From assembly GCA_965644295.1 (NCBI GenBank), contig CBFFRP010000253.1, positions 1 to 64,000 on the forward strand: DNA of 64,000 bases. Reading direction: 5' to 3'. Made by a program: the position numbers and the translations under genes. A model generated the notes under the pieces. It did no database searches and was not told the DNA's origin. It saw nothing but the letters and a program-made list of their open reading frames with translations. Below, piece by piece: positions 42,530 to 55,079 of this stretch. This DNA comes from Paraphysomonas bandaiensis. Its lineage: Eukaryota > Protista > Chrysophyceae. How positions within the stretch are numbered: the stretch's first letter is position 1; every line of letters starts with the position of its first letter.

Positions 42530-43279
42530 TGAAGAAGAGATCTTCAAGAGATTTTCAGTGAGTTGAGATTAAGTGAAAAACAAATAAAATATATGATAAA
42601 GTGATTGAGAGGAAATGATTGGTTAAGATTGAATGGGAAGGGAATACGTGTTATACGAGGTGAAATACAGAAGAGGTACAGTGATGTGTACTGCTGTAAA
42701 GAGGACATATACATCCACCTCATGACAGCTTGATCTAAGCATCAATCATTCTATTGTTCCCTGAATGGAGTCTTTCAACGAGAACTCGAATGATGTGCAA
42801 TGAAGCTGACAGATACTACCTCAATCAACTCCCCTCAAGTATATTTCATTCTACCACTAAATCCTAAATCCTATACCCCCTTATGTACTTCCCTACCATG
42901 TACTTCCATACCATGTACTTCCATACCAATCTACACGTACTCCTCATCATATCATCCTCATCATCAGCACTTCCATAAATGTATGGTTCATCACACTGTT
43001 CTGAATATTCTCTACGTGATTTTTTCTATAACTTCATCACTTCATTTTCTTCCTACGTGAATTCTTATAATCAAAGGAACACACACACATACATACATAC
43101 ATATACATACTCTCCGTCTATATACATACACATACATGACTGTGATACCATCAATACACACTCAACTAACACACTCCTCAAACACACATACATAAACACA
43201 TACATACACACTCTTATCATTCCATTCACTCCTTCTCTTTCTATCTGGCAATATTAAGTATCTCTATCTCTTTCTTCTC

Positions 43280-45588
43280 ATGTTATCTGTATCAGCACGT
43301 ACAGTCTCTCGCTATATATACACCCCCTTCACAAAACCACATACTCCTTATTCTTTACTTAATAAACGTGGAATTTTTGATACAATTCGTTCAAAAATCA
43401 ATCCATCATCATCACTTTCATCCCCTGAACAACAAATTCAAAATGAAATTGAAAAATTAGCAAAACGTCATCCAATGAGGGCTGTTCAAGTCATAGAGAA
43501 GGGATGGAGTAGTAAAGAGCTACCAGTCAATGATCATTATCTTAGATTATATTTAAAATTAGCTGGATCATTACAATTATTTGATAAAATGGATATTGCA
43601 GCATTTTCAAAAAATATTGAAAGTAATGTGATAAGAGGGACTGCAGGGGAATCATCTACTGCTGCATTGAGTATGGCAGGTGGAACATCCCCTACACAGC
43701 CATTGTATGTGCGAACAGTTAATAACAATAGTTTTTGGGATTCTTTAAAGTCTATGGCGATATCAGGGATAAAGTTTTTCGTGGTTGTGTCGTTTTTGAT
43801 GGTTCTCTTTGATGACAAAAGTAATGGAGGAGGAATTTCCAAATTAACTGGGATGAACTCTATCGTTCACGTCGCAGAGAAGAGTGACAAGTCCTTCGAT
43901 GATGTAGTTGGAGTGGATGAGGCCAAGGAAGACCTACAGGAGATCGTCATGTACTTAAAGGAGCCAAAGAAATTCACCAAGTTGGGGGGCAAACTCCCCA
44001 AGGGTGTGTTGCTCACTGGTCCCCCCGGAACAGGGAAAACCCTCTTGGCCAAGGCGATAGCCGGGGAAGCCGGAGTACCTTTCTTTTATACTTCAGGGTC
44101 TGAGTTTGAGGAAATGTTCGTCGGGGTTGGTGCTAGACGTGTTAGAGACCTTTTCCAACAGGCGAACAGTCAGTCCCCTTGTATTATATTCATCGATGAG
44201 ATTGACGCCATAGGCGGTAGTCGGCACCTTAAGGATCAGTCTGCCATGAAGATGACTCTCAACCAGCTGCTGGTAGAAATGGACGGGTTCCAGCAAAATA
44301 GTGGGACGATTGTTATTGCTGCCACCAACTTTCCGGAATCCCTCGACTCTGCCTTGACCCGGCCTGGACGCCTTGACAAACACGTAGACGTATCTCTACC
44401 TGATGTTGGCGGACGTAAGGCTATCCTCGAGCTGTATGGATCTAAGGTGCCACTTTCTAAAGATGTGGATCTCGAACAGATTGCGAGGGGCACACCAGGG
44501 TTCAGCGGAGCAGAGTTGTACAACTTAGTCAATCAAGCAGCACTGAAAGCTTCTCGAGATGGCCTTTCTGCTATTGGTATGGCCTCTCTGGAGTACGCCA
44601 AGGACAAGATCATGATGGGGGCAGAACGGCAGTCTGCAGTTATAAGCAAGGAGACGATGAAGACAACTGCATTCCATGAAGCAGGCCACGCTTTAGTTTC
44701 CTTGCTGACAGACGGTGCGGATCCTATACACAAGGCTACCATCATGCCTCGTGGACGAGCTCTGGGAATGGTAATGCAACTTCCTGATGGTGACCAGACC
44801 TCTCTATCCAGGAAGCAGATGTTGGCTAAGTTGGACATATGCATGGGCGGCCGGGTAGCTGAAGAGCTGATATTCGGAGAAGATAATGTTACATCTGGTG
44901 CTTCTAGCGACTTCCAACAGGCCACTAGGTGAGCACACGTGAATGTATATGTGACCATGAGAATTATTACTAAATGCCTTTTGTATATGTTCTGTGAGGG
45001 TCTTTTAGCGTGTGATATTGTAACGGTGGTGTTTGTAGACTTGCTAAAATGATGATTACCAAATGGGGATTCAGCTCGAAATTGGGTATACAGTATATGG
45101 ATGACAAAGACAAGTTCTCAGGAGATACTCAAACGATAGTAGATCAGGAAGTGCGAAAGCTTCTCGAGGAGAGCTATAATCGCGCAAAAACGTTGCTGGA
45201 GACACACCGCAAGGAGCTAGGATTGATTGCAAATGCATTGCTTGAACACGAGACTCTATCGGGTAGTGAGGTGGTAGACATTTCCAAGGGAAAACCGCTC
45301 AATTTGCGTCTGCGGTCTCAGAAAGCTTCTCGTGAGGCTACCCCCATCCCACCTTCCAAGCGCCCGAAGGCAGAGAAAGATAAACCAAAGAGTAGTCCTG
45401 TTACCGTGCAGAATTCCATTGCTCCTCCTTCGTCATCCTCCTCCTCCTCCAGCAGTACCAATCAACAGCAACAGGCTCCGTCCAGCACTTCACAAGATTC
45501 CCCCAGCTCCACCAGCAGCAGTACTAGTGCGTCTGCAAATCAGCAGTCAGGAAGTAATCCTATCAGAGGCCCGCCCGTCGGCAAATAA
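43280..45588 (+). CDS. ftsH: ATP-dependent zinc metalloprotease, YME1/FtsH4-like (mitochondrial i-AAA type)
   Basis: Presequence-like N-terminus, single TM, Walker A GPPGTGKT, Walker [31 protein letters not shown] and zinc motif HEAGH. One intron at about 44929-45039. Confidence 0.93.
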
Positions 45589-45908
45589 TATCCCGTATAC
45601 TTCATAAGTAATATCTTCCGTACGTAGATACCTTTTGTGCCGGATAGCGAACTCTGAAACAATACAGAAGTATTTTGACTGTTTTGGTCATAAATCATGA
45701 CATAACTTGCAACTTATGGTGCCATGTACTTCTGTGTTGTAATATCCGTCAGGGTTTTGTGAGGCCATGTTTCTAGTATTAATAATGTAGAATTTTGATT
45801 AATTTTGTCGCACAGAATTGTTCGCCTAGGTGCTGCAATCTTACTTGGAGACTTTTTTCGACAAAGCGGACCAGTCTGGTCCCACTTTTTTTGTATTGTG
45901 TTTTTTCG

Positions 45909-48322
45909 CAGGGATAGGGAACAATATATTGTATTGCAATATATTGTACAATATATTGCAATATATTGTAAAATATATTGATTGGTGGACTGGTCAAATA
46001 TTCCATCAATAGTGTTTCTGTTAATAGAGCTCACAATACTATTGCAATATATTGCAATCAATATTATGATAGTCATATAAGAGAAGATCCTCAACTGTAT
46101 GGTGCAAAATATACGCCTCTGTATACAAATATCCGGAAAATAAGAAAAAAAGCCTATTTTTGATGTTATTTTCTATTTTTTATGTATCGCCAGCTCAAAC
46201 AGCACTCTACACCTCTCCACATGTATGTACAGTACTTCTCTTAATATAGTATATATATCCTATAGTGACAAGAAGAGACAACTGAATGATGAGTGCATAC
46301 AAGAGTAGGGACATTTACCGCTGTTTTTGGAGTCCGGTCGAAGGTGTCCCGAACAAACACGAGTGTAAAATCTGCGGACGTAAACGACAACAGAATATTC
46401 GGAATGGATACAACAATCTAAAGGATCACACTTTCTCTCATGATGTGTGGGAGGAGACATTGAAGAGGTATTTACGGGCTGTCTGCACCAATGGTCCCAT
46501 GGATGCTTTTGTTCTGCAGCCTTCAGACAAGGCGAAAACAATTTATGAGTGGGTGGAGTGGATTGTCGAGGAAAATCTTCCATTAAATTTCTGTGAGAAG
46601 AAATTAACTAGAAATAAGACTTCTTTGGGTAAGATAACTACAAAAACACTGAAAAAATATATGAGACTGTTGGAACTGAAGCTACGTGATATGATTAAAG
46701 ATATATTACCACCAACATTTGGTCTAGTCATGGACGGTTGGACGTCGGACTCCCACCACTACAGTGCAATATTTGCAACCTTTTGCGACCGAACCAATAC
46801 TCCGAATTTGTTATTGTTGTCTTGTAATGTGCAAGAGGATATTGATGACAACACTGTTTTCGATGAAGATCTACCTGATGAAGAGAAATTCTACGGATTC
46901 ACTGCTGCGGATTGGTTTGATACTATCGTAGAAGTTCTCAATAAATTTGGAGTTGAGGTTAACGCTGACAATGTTTGCGACATTGTTGAGTTTTATCTTG
47001 GAGATAACTGTGCTACAAACAGAAAATTGGCTACTGATTCTGGTAACACCGTATTACTTGTGTGAAATTGTCGAATGTTATAATATATATTAGGTGTACC
47101 CCTAGTTGGATGTGCATCTCACCGACTAAATCTCGCTGTCAATGAACTCATTGGCAGCAAAGAGAAGAGGAATAACCAAGGAGATGTGACAAGATCTGAC
47201 GAAGGCATTAGGCCTCTTATTCGCAAAGTAGACCTACTAATGGGGAAGTTGAAGCAGATTAAGAATGCTGCATTGCTACGTGGCCAAACCAGTCTGCTAC
47301 CAGAAAGGGTAAATGTCACAAGATGGTCTTCTATGTTTCAGGTTCTCGTAAAGTGGATGCGTATAAAAGATCATGTATTAAAAATTGAAGACTTACCGCT
47401 TGCAGTTACTGATATGATTCCTACTCCTCGACAGAATACCGAAATAATCGCCCTTGTAGACGACCTGAGGAAGTTTGAAAGCGTCTCGAAATTGCTTCAA
47501 ACTGGAGGATCAAGTCAAGTGAATCTTTATGAATGCCGGAACATATTTGATGGCTTATTGAGGGACTTTAGGCCAAAGTATCCACTATCTGCTTTTTACA
47601 GAAAAACAGTCCCATTGTTAATGATCCGAATTTCGAGAATGGAATTGCAAAACTCCAAGCAGGCGAAGAATTGGACTTGACAAGATCTGAGAAAGATCCT
47701 GTTAGAATATATCTCCGTTCAGACAGTGATTATTGCAACAATACAGAGGATGATGAAGCTGAAGTTGGCTATGCGGAAAAAATTCTTCAATCAGCTCAAA
47801 AACTTAAGAAGCGAAAAGTTGAAATATCTAAGTACAGGTGCACGAGTCATGTAGTATGTACTTCCAATACGTGTGAACGCCTGTTCAGCGCAGCAAAACT
47901 GATTATATCAGTGTTGCGCAAACGTATGCATCCTACTACACTTAATATGCTGTTGTTTCTGAAAGCTAACCGACAGTTGTGGCCGGATGCAAGCATATTT
48001 CAATCAATATTGAATGAATATGGTGATGATGATGTCACCGATGATGGCTCAGAGGATGAGTATGAGGAAACTTTTAATTAGTTAAGAGTAGTGGGTTTGA
48101 TTATCAAGTGACCTTAGACCTTATAAAATATGGCAAGTACTAAAAATGAAAACTACGGATGTGTTTACTTACTGATTAGTCATACTAATATATTGCAATA
48201 TATTGTACAATATATTGCAATATATTGCAATAGTATTGTAGGACCGGTTTAAAAAATCCATCAATACTATTGATGGAACGCTACCTAACAATAGTATTGC
48301 AATATATTGTTCCCTATCCCTG
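45909..48322 (+). mobile_element. Full-length hAT DNA transposon (2414 bp)
   Basis: Perfect 23-bp TIRs CAGGGATAGGGAACAATATATTG / CAATATATTGTTCCCTATCCCTG. Perfect 8-bp TSD TTTTTTCG (45901-45908 and 48323-48330). Subterminal CAATATATTG repeats at both ends. Confidence 0.96.
46286..48081 (+). pseudogene. hAT transposase, near-intact (one intron at about 47043-47093, one apparent frameshift near 47590)
   Basis: BED finger (CKICG...NLKDHTFSH), catalytic D (VMDGWT), second D (LGDNCATN), CxxH (GCASHRLNL), TRWSS and catalytic E (TSNTCERLFSAAK), then dimerisation region MLLFLKANRQLW. Confidence 0.88.
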
Positions 48323-49743
48323 TTTTTTCGTATGGAACATGAGTGTAGAGCTTTGAAATTGTAGTCAAAATGAGTACAATTTTTTTATTTCGAGTGGGAC
48401 CAAATACAGTCCGACAAGTGGAGGGCTGGTCCACTTTGTCAAAAAACGTCTCCTTGGCATAGCTAATGCTGTATTTTGTATAATATTGCGTTGTGTTCAA
48501 GTCTTTCAGCCACCACATATCTATCATCCCATACCTAGCATTAAGTGGAAAACGAAGTGTCGTACAGAATAAACTGGCATCCGGAAATGAACCCACCTCA
48601 AGGGTATCCGGGGTATTGAGCTGCCAACTGAAGTCAAGCATCCGGGATGTTCACCTTCAGGACAGTGAGCGAAAGGGGTTGCTCCTTGGTGTTTGCGGTT
48701 TCGTAGCGCCAATTAGTAGGATATTATCAGAGTTAAGCACTAGTTAGTTAAATTGTTTTGATACATTAGTTCTGACTCTGACATTATCATGCCTATTATT
48801 CTAATAATAATCAGACACTCACGACCTGACCGTATAAGATTGTGATATATCTAACAAGATTGTATGGAAATGATTGGTAGTTGAGACAAAACATAACTAT
48901 GGAAATTGACAGTGAATGACAAGTAATATTGATCTTAATTTTAATATGTTTATAATTTATAATCTCAGCACATAGAGTGAAACTCTTGTTCAGTAATGAC
49001 AATTTTCTTACAGACCTTACTTGAATACAGTAGTTGTGCACAGTACTACATGAGCTAATCATAATGATGACATGAATAATGTTAGTGAAACTGAAATACT
49101 TTGACTGTCTAAGATCAAAGGGACATTGATCAAAATTTAATGAATACGTAAAAATTCAGTTGTTTATTTACACCATCAATCAAATGTCAGCTTCGGATAT
49201 GGTAGCAGATGTTAAGTCAGACTACTGGAAACAACTTCCGAAGTACGATCAGTTTGGGGTGATCAACTACTGGACGAAGAAATTCAAGGTATGGCTCATG
49301 CACAAGAACTGAAACCTTTTAAGACTCTAGAAACGACCAATGAGATCCGCCGATAACTCACCTATCTACTGGATCTCAAGAAATGGTTAGAGGAATGACA
49401 CTTGTAGGCAGTTGTTTAGAGGAATGGTTGGAGGAATTTTCGAGGCAGTCCAACCTGTGGCTTTAGCACTGAAGATCGTTGATAAATACTTCAGGGAGAA
49501 GAATATGTTGCGATACGATGACCATGAGAAGGAATTGCAGCCAGCAAATAAATAGAAAGGACGTCGGAACAAAAACGAAGCTACAGACCACCCTCGAAAC
49601 GCTGGAGAACTTGGCGCAGTTATATACTAATTTATATCTGAACGGTGAACTTACGCATACATATGTGAACCTCTCGGTACTAAACATATCTTGAAAGATC
49701 AAACTACATATTCAGTTTCTCAATATCATCACAGAATTTGTAC

Positions 49744-49811
49744 GAGGGCCTGGTAACCGTTAATGGTAATGGCATATTGCATTAATTGCCATTAATGGTT
49801 ACCAGGTCCTG
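49744..49811. mobile_element. 68-bp hairpin hAT-type mini-element, same family as 40969-41026
   Basis: GAGGGCCTGGTAACCGTTAATGG...CCATTAATGGTTACCAGGTCCTG flanked by the perfect 8-bp TSD ATTTGTAC (49736-49743 and 49812-49819). Confidence 0.85.
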
Positions 49812-50371
49812 ATTTGTACATCACCATATTTCACTGTATTCTCGTACATTGTCTTCAAGTGACATACTGAATATTCTAGAATATAATCCATATCCTTATA
49901 ATAATATGTACTCTATATAGCAAGTCCAGTTTTTAGTCAGTCTATAGATGAAAAGCTAGTTTCTGTACACAACCGTTCTCATGTAATAATCAAACTTTCT
50001 TAAGAATATGTATTATCATTTAGATTAACGATATTTTGATAGCGAAGTATATAATATTGTCGTTGAGAGTAGCATGATGTCTTCTTGTTATGATTTTTGA
50101 CGGGTTTATTTTTTGTTGGTGCCGATTTGTTAATAGTAGCGATGAGAATTCATGCTATACTCTACACTCTACACAACAAGTAGCCATAAGACCAATGAAA
50201 ATATATCGGTATACATGCATAACTATTTTCTTGTTATATTTAGAAGCCATCAACAATTGAAATCTTAGATTACCCTTCTGTTGTGGTTGGTTTTACATGG
50301 AGCCCTGTGCGCTTCTATCTGTAGGTCGTTATTAGATTGTGCCCTTTCGTGTAACACATAACGCCCAACAA

Positions 50372-52280
50372 TTACAAATTTGTGACCATTGTGTAAAGTA
50401 AAGCTACTCCATACCCTGTGGCCCTCTCACCGATATGTGAAGGGTAGGCCATGTCAATGTGCATCCAGCTACCCCCTTTGGCAAGGAAGGAGTCCAAGTG
50501 GTTCCCAATGAACTGGCCAGCACAGGATGTTTGTGCGTTAGTACGACATGCAACACTGTTCTTCATGTCAGCCACCGCTGATGCAAACTCCACTGTAAAG
50601 AACTCAGGGCAATAGGGTATTGGGTGCACCAGGTCCCCGGAAAAGCGGCCCATGCGTACTGCGAGAGTTTCGAGAGACTCGTCGTTTGTGTACACCGCTG
50701 CATGCCTCTTCCCCGTGGCGATACCCTGTGCACCCGTGAGAGTGGCCATGTCGACTATGTGGGAAGGGTTGAGGTGTTTGGAAGCAAACGCCACGCCATC
50801 GGAGAGCACCAATCGCCCCTCTGCGTCGGTATTGTTGATCTCTACAGTCTTACCAGAGTACATGACGTGAATGTCGTCAGGTCGAGTGGCCTCAGGCCCA
50901 ACGCTGTTCTCGGCAAGGCAGAGAAGTGCATGAAGTGGCCGTTTAAGCGACCCTCCATCTAGTACTAGAGACTGAAAAGCACCCAGCACACCCGCAGACC
51001 CACCCATGTCGCGCTTCATACCTGGCATGCCCTCTTTCGTCTTGATTGAGAGACCACCGGTGTCGTACACAATACCCTTGCCGACCATACAAACCGAAGG
51101 AACGGCAGGGTCGCAAGTAGGGGGAGTGTAGGATAAAACAACAAGTGCAGAAGGATGCACAGCTGCTTGTCCAACTCCGAACAAACCATTCATCCCTCGC
51201 TCCCGCAGTTCATCTCCACGTATTACAGTAAGGTTGACAGCATGGCCAACCTCAGTAAGACTAGCTGCCACGCTCTGGGCCACTTCGGTGAAGTGATCGG
51301 TATGCAAGATATTAGGAGGCATATCTGCGATTCATACTATTAAAACTGTAACAACGAGATATCTTACTCACCTACTAGTTTCTGGCATAACTGGATACTG
51401 CTGGCAAGATTATTAAAAGTACCACAGCTATAAGAGCCAGCGAAATTAAGGTAAACCCGAACAACACTCTCCCTTGGACCATTCTGCTTCAGAGCGTACG
51501 TGGGAAAAGCCCGCGCCACAGCACTATTTATCATTGTTTCAATAAAACGAGAGGGAGGGATACATAGAAAGTGAGCTTACCAAGCTGTGGACAAAGAGGT
51601 CGAAGCAGGATCTTCATTCAGGAGAACCACAGTTAACTCCCCGCTGCCTTTATTCGCCTTCACCAAGTCGGTAACAGCATGTGGGCGACCAGGAGCATTG
51701 TGTCTGGAGCATCCTGTGCATCGCATGAGGGTATATGATATACATATATATATACATATACTATCTGTGCATCTATATATACACATACTATCTATACATA
51801 TAGACATACACATAGTATCTATACAGCTATATATCCAAATAATATCTATACGTATATATATACATATACATACTATATGTACAAATACTATAAACACATA
51901 TACATACACTATCTATACAGCTATATCTACACATCCATATACACATCTACATATACACATACCCAGCCATATACCCCTATATCTGTATGTATGTGTGCAG
52001 GTATCTTACCTGTGGGTATGGCACACACCGCCACCCTCTGCATCTTATCTCCAACAGAAAAAAATGTTTCAGCAGATGCTCCATGTTCAGCTGATGGTGT
52101 TAGAGTAGAAGAGATGGTTGATAGAGTCTTCAGTTGATTGTTAATAGGGAATATGCCGCTCTCCACACACATGCTATTCATATGAATAGAACTCAGAAGA
52201 GATCCACTCCCAATAACAACTACATTGAGAGGAACCTCTGAGAGATGAGTAGAAGAGAGATCGTGATAAGTAACTGGCAT
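50372..52280 (-). CDS. NPEPL1: M17 leucine aminopeptidase, NPEPL1-like, 4 exons
   Basis: CSRHNAP, AVARAFP, LV|DMPPN, VGKGIVYDTGGLSIK, MKRDMGG, NNTDAEGRLVLSDG and DMATLTGAQ. Metal ligands intact. Confidence 0.9.
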
Positions 52281-52353
52281 TGTGAGGAGTTAGATTTTGT
52301 AAGAAGAGAAAATGATACTTAAACAACCCCACAAACAATACCCACCTCACACC

Positions 52354-52613
52354 CCATACACACACACCCCATACACACACATACACACACACACATACAT
52401 ACATACATACATACATACATACATACACCCCATACACACACACACATACATACATACATACATACATACATACATACATACATACATACATACATACATA
52501 CATACATACATACATACATACATACATACATACATACATACATACATACATACATACATACATACATACATACATACATACACCCCATACACACACACAC
52601 ATACATACATACA

Positions 52614-52647
<34 letters not shown>

Positions 52648-52793
52648 CATACATACATACATACATACATACATACATACATACATACATACATACATAC
52701 ATACATACATACATACATACATACATACATACATACATACATACATACATACATACACACATACATACATACATACATACATACATACATACA

Positions 52794-52822
<29 letters not shown>
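52354..52822. repeat. (CATA)n / (CA)n microsatellite between divergent genes
   Basis: Read directly. Confidence 0.97.
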
Positions 52823-52825
<3 letters not shown>

Positions 52826-52892
52826 CTTATGTGTATCTATTGTTTGGGTGGGTGTGTTCACTCTTCTCTTCTCTTAAGTCTGTATTGTAATA

Positions 52893-54348
52893 ATGGAAAT
52901 AAAAGTCGGTGAAGTGGTTATCGACGTAGAGGATATCATTCATATCGCAGAGAAGGCCTCAGAGGGTGTGATGGGTGTGTATCGGGGTCTATCAGAGGTG
53001 TATGTATGTGTGTATGGATGTACACGTAGATCACATGTATGTGTGTGTTATAGCAATGGAATGATATGTTCCTAGAGGAGGATACGCCGCTTATACAGGC
53101 ACAGGAGGTGTCTCATAGGATATTGACTTCTGGTATACGCTCCACCCCATACTGTCATACGTGTGTATGTGTGTATATATATGTGTATATATGTGGATAT
53201 GTGCAGTGCTTATGTATGTATATATGTGTATAAGGCCATGTATATGATAAGCATGTATGTATGTGTATGTACGATGTGTTTGTCTGCTGTGTGGTGTGTT
53301 GTTTTTTCTTGCTCTTGCAACACACTGTTTTGAAGGCTGTATACTTACACTATATACGCATGCAGAACTTTCCAGCCGATTTCCTGATATTCCTGTTATT
53401 TCCAAGAATAGCAAAATGGAAGGTTACGCTGATCGAGTTTCATACCAGCATTTCTTCTGTGTGAATCCACTGGATGGATACAAGGTAATTGGTGCAGACA
53501 CTGGTGTGAATTGCTAATACTGTAATATATAGGAGTTCGTGCGGCGTAGTGGACAGTTTAGTATCAACATTGGCCTGTGTGAGGGTCAGACACCGGTGCT
53601 GGGTGTTGTATATGTGCCTTGTGGGCACTCAGGTAACTCAGCTCCCGCTGTGTACTATGCCGTGGATGGATTGGGTGCCTATACTCGAGAGGTATCTCTT
53701 TGTCATGCGGAGGGTGGTGCTGATAATAAGCCCCGTCTTCTAATTCCGAAGCGACTGGAGGCACAATCTTTTTACGAACACGATTCTGGCCTGCGCATCA
53801 TTACACCTTCAACTTCTTATTTCACAGATGCTACACATGCCTTCGTGTCGGCATTTACTGACCCTGTCCTGCTCGGGGATGGGGGCAACTCCCTTCTGAA
53901 TATGCTGCGTGTGGCATCAGGGGATGCAGATGTGTATCCAAAACTGGCTCCAACATGCGAGTGGAATACATGTGCGCTTCATGCTATTGTGAATGAAGCC
54001 GGGGGAGAGATTTTGCAAATCGGTGGGGGAGCAGATGCTGTTCCCGGGATGCAGTTAGAGTACAATAAACCTCACCCACTCAACCCCTATCTTGTCACTT
54101 ATGGAAAGAGACTTGTGCGTATGCCGCCATCATTGCCCGGAATTGCGGGACAAGAGAATGTAAGCGAGAGTGAGAGTGAGAGTGACGAGGGTAGTAGTTC
54201 TGATAGCGAAGTACTGGAAGAAGTCAAGAATGATAATGGCGAGAAAATAGTGTCACACTATTTCATAGGCTTGCTAGTGGTGACAATAGTTTCTTTAGCT
54301 GTATTATATTTTGTCCTGATAGAAGGAAATTTGCCAATACTTAGATGA
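52893..54348 (+). CDS. CysQ / 3'(2'),5'-bisphosphate nucleotidase-like protein (inositol monophosphatase superfamily) with degenerate metal ligands and a C-terminal TM helix
   Basis: LSSRFPDIPVISKN, FFCVNPLDGYK|EFVRRSGQFSINIGL, PVLGVVYVP, VASGDADVYPKLAPTCEWNTCALHAIVNEAGG and LEYNKPHPLNPY. TM YFIGLLVVTIVSLAVLYFVLI. 5' exons approximate. Confidence 0.82.
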
Positions 54349-55079
54349 GTTTTTGTTGGACCTCATTTAGTGACAGTGCCTTTGGTGTATTTACACCAGG
54401 AAAAAGTCTTCCTCTTGAATTAGTGAAGACGTCGCATTCATTATATATTTGGCTGCTTTATACTATTATGTAAATAGTCGTTTTAAATGTAACCTTGGTG
54501 TCATTTTCTAAATTCTGACATCTGTTAGCTATGTATATGGTAATTCACTCTACATCACATAAGTATTTCAAAGTGATTTTAAAAATAAGCATGTAATACC
54601 TATTCGACACTAGCAGTGTACTTTGTAGTGTTCCACACTGCCGCTACTGGATGACGAAGAAGTTAGCAACGATGGAGAGAGACGGTCCTGAACGTAGAAC
54701 TCTATAGCGTGAGGCTTAAGCCAGAGCAAACAGCCACATACCAAAATGCAAATAATCAACGACCTGAACGTGCGTAGTACCACAGCCATATTCTGAAAAG
54801 TGAAAAGGTCTCTGTACACTGTACATATACATAAATATGAAGCCGTATACGGGGTACGATGACAATATTATTTTAAAACCGAATGATGTGTATTATTGAA
54901 ATAAAATAATAACCGACAAAATCAAGTTTTCAGACATAAGTACTTGCACATTTATTACAAAAAGATACGATAAATATAATATCAATACAACATTACTACG
55001 ATGTGTAAGTATCTATATTTTCTTTATCAGCTGAATACGAATATGATACAGTGCTCACGAAATATAATATACACAGTTA

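Larger units (their letters stand above)
45848..48452. mobile_element. Small TIR element (about 180 bp when empty) with GAG termini and a 4-bp TSD, possibly Sola-type, interrupted by the hAT insertion
   Basis: TIRs GAGACTTTTTTCGACAAAGCGGACCAG / CTGGTCCACTTTGTCAAAAAACGTCTC. CTTG on both flanks (45844-45847 and 48453-48456). Inner inverted pair TGGTCCCACT / AGTGGGACCA. Confidence 0.6.

Noticed and set aside
48570-48745. Possible structured ncRNA
   Set aside because: No tRNA, snRNA, SRP or snoRNA box pattern could be established by eye; needs a covariance-model search.
49180-49700. Possible decayed LTR gag fragment (NYWTKKFKVWLMHK)
   Set aside because: The similarity is too weak and fragmentary to call without a profile search.
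54610-54819. Short minus-strand ORF with a hydrophobic N-terminus
   Set aside because: About 60 aa, with no recognisable domain and no convincing downstream exons.
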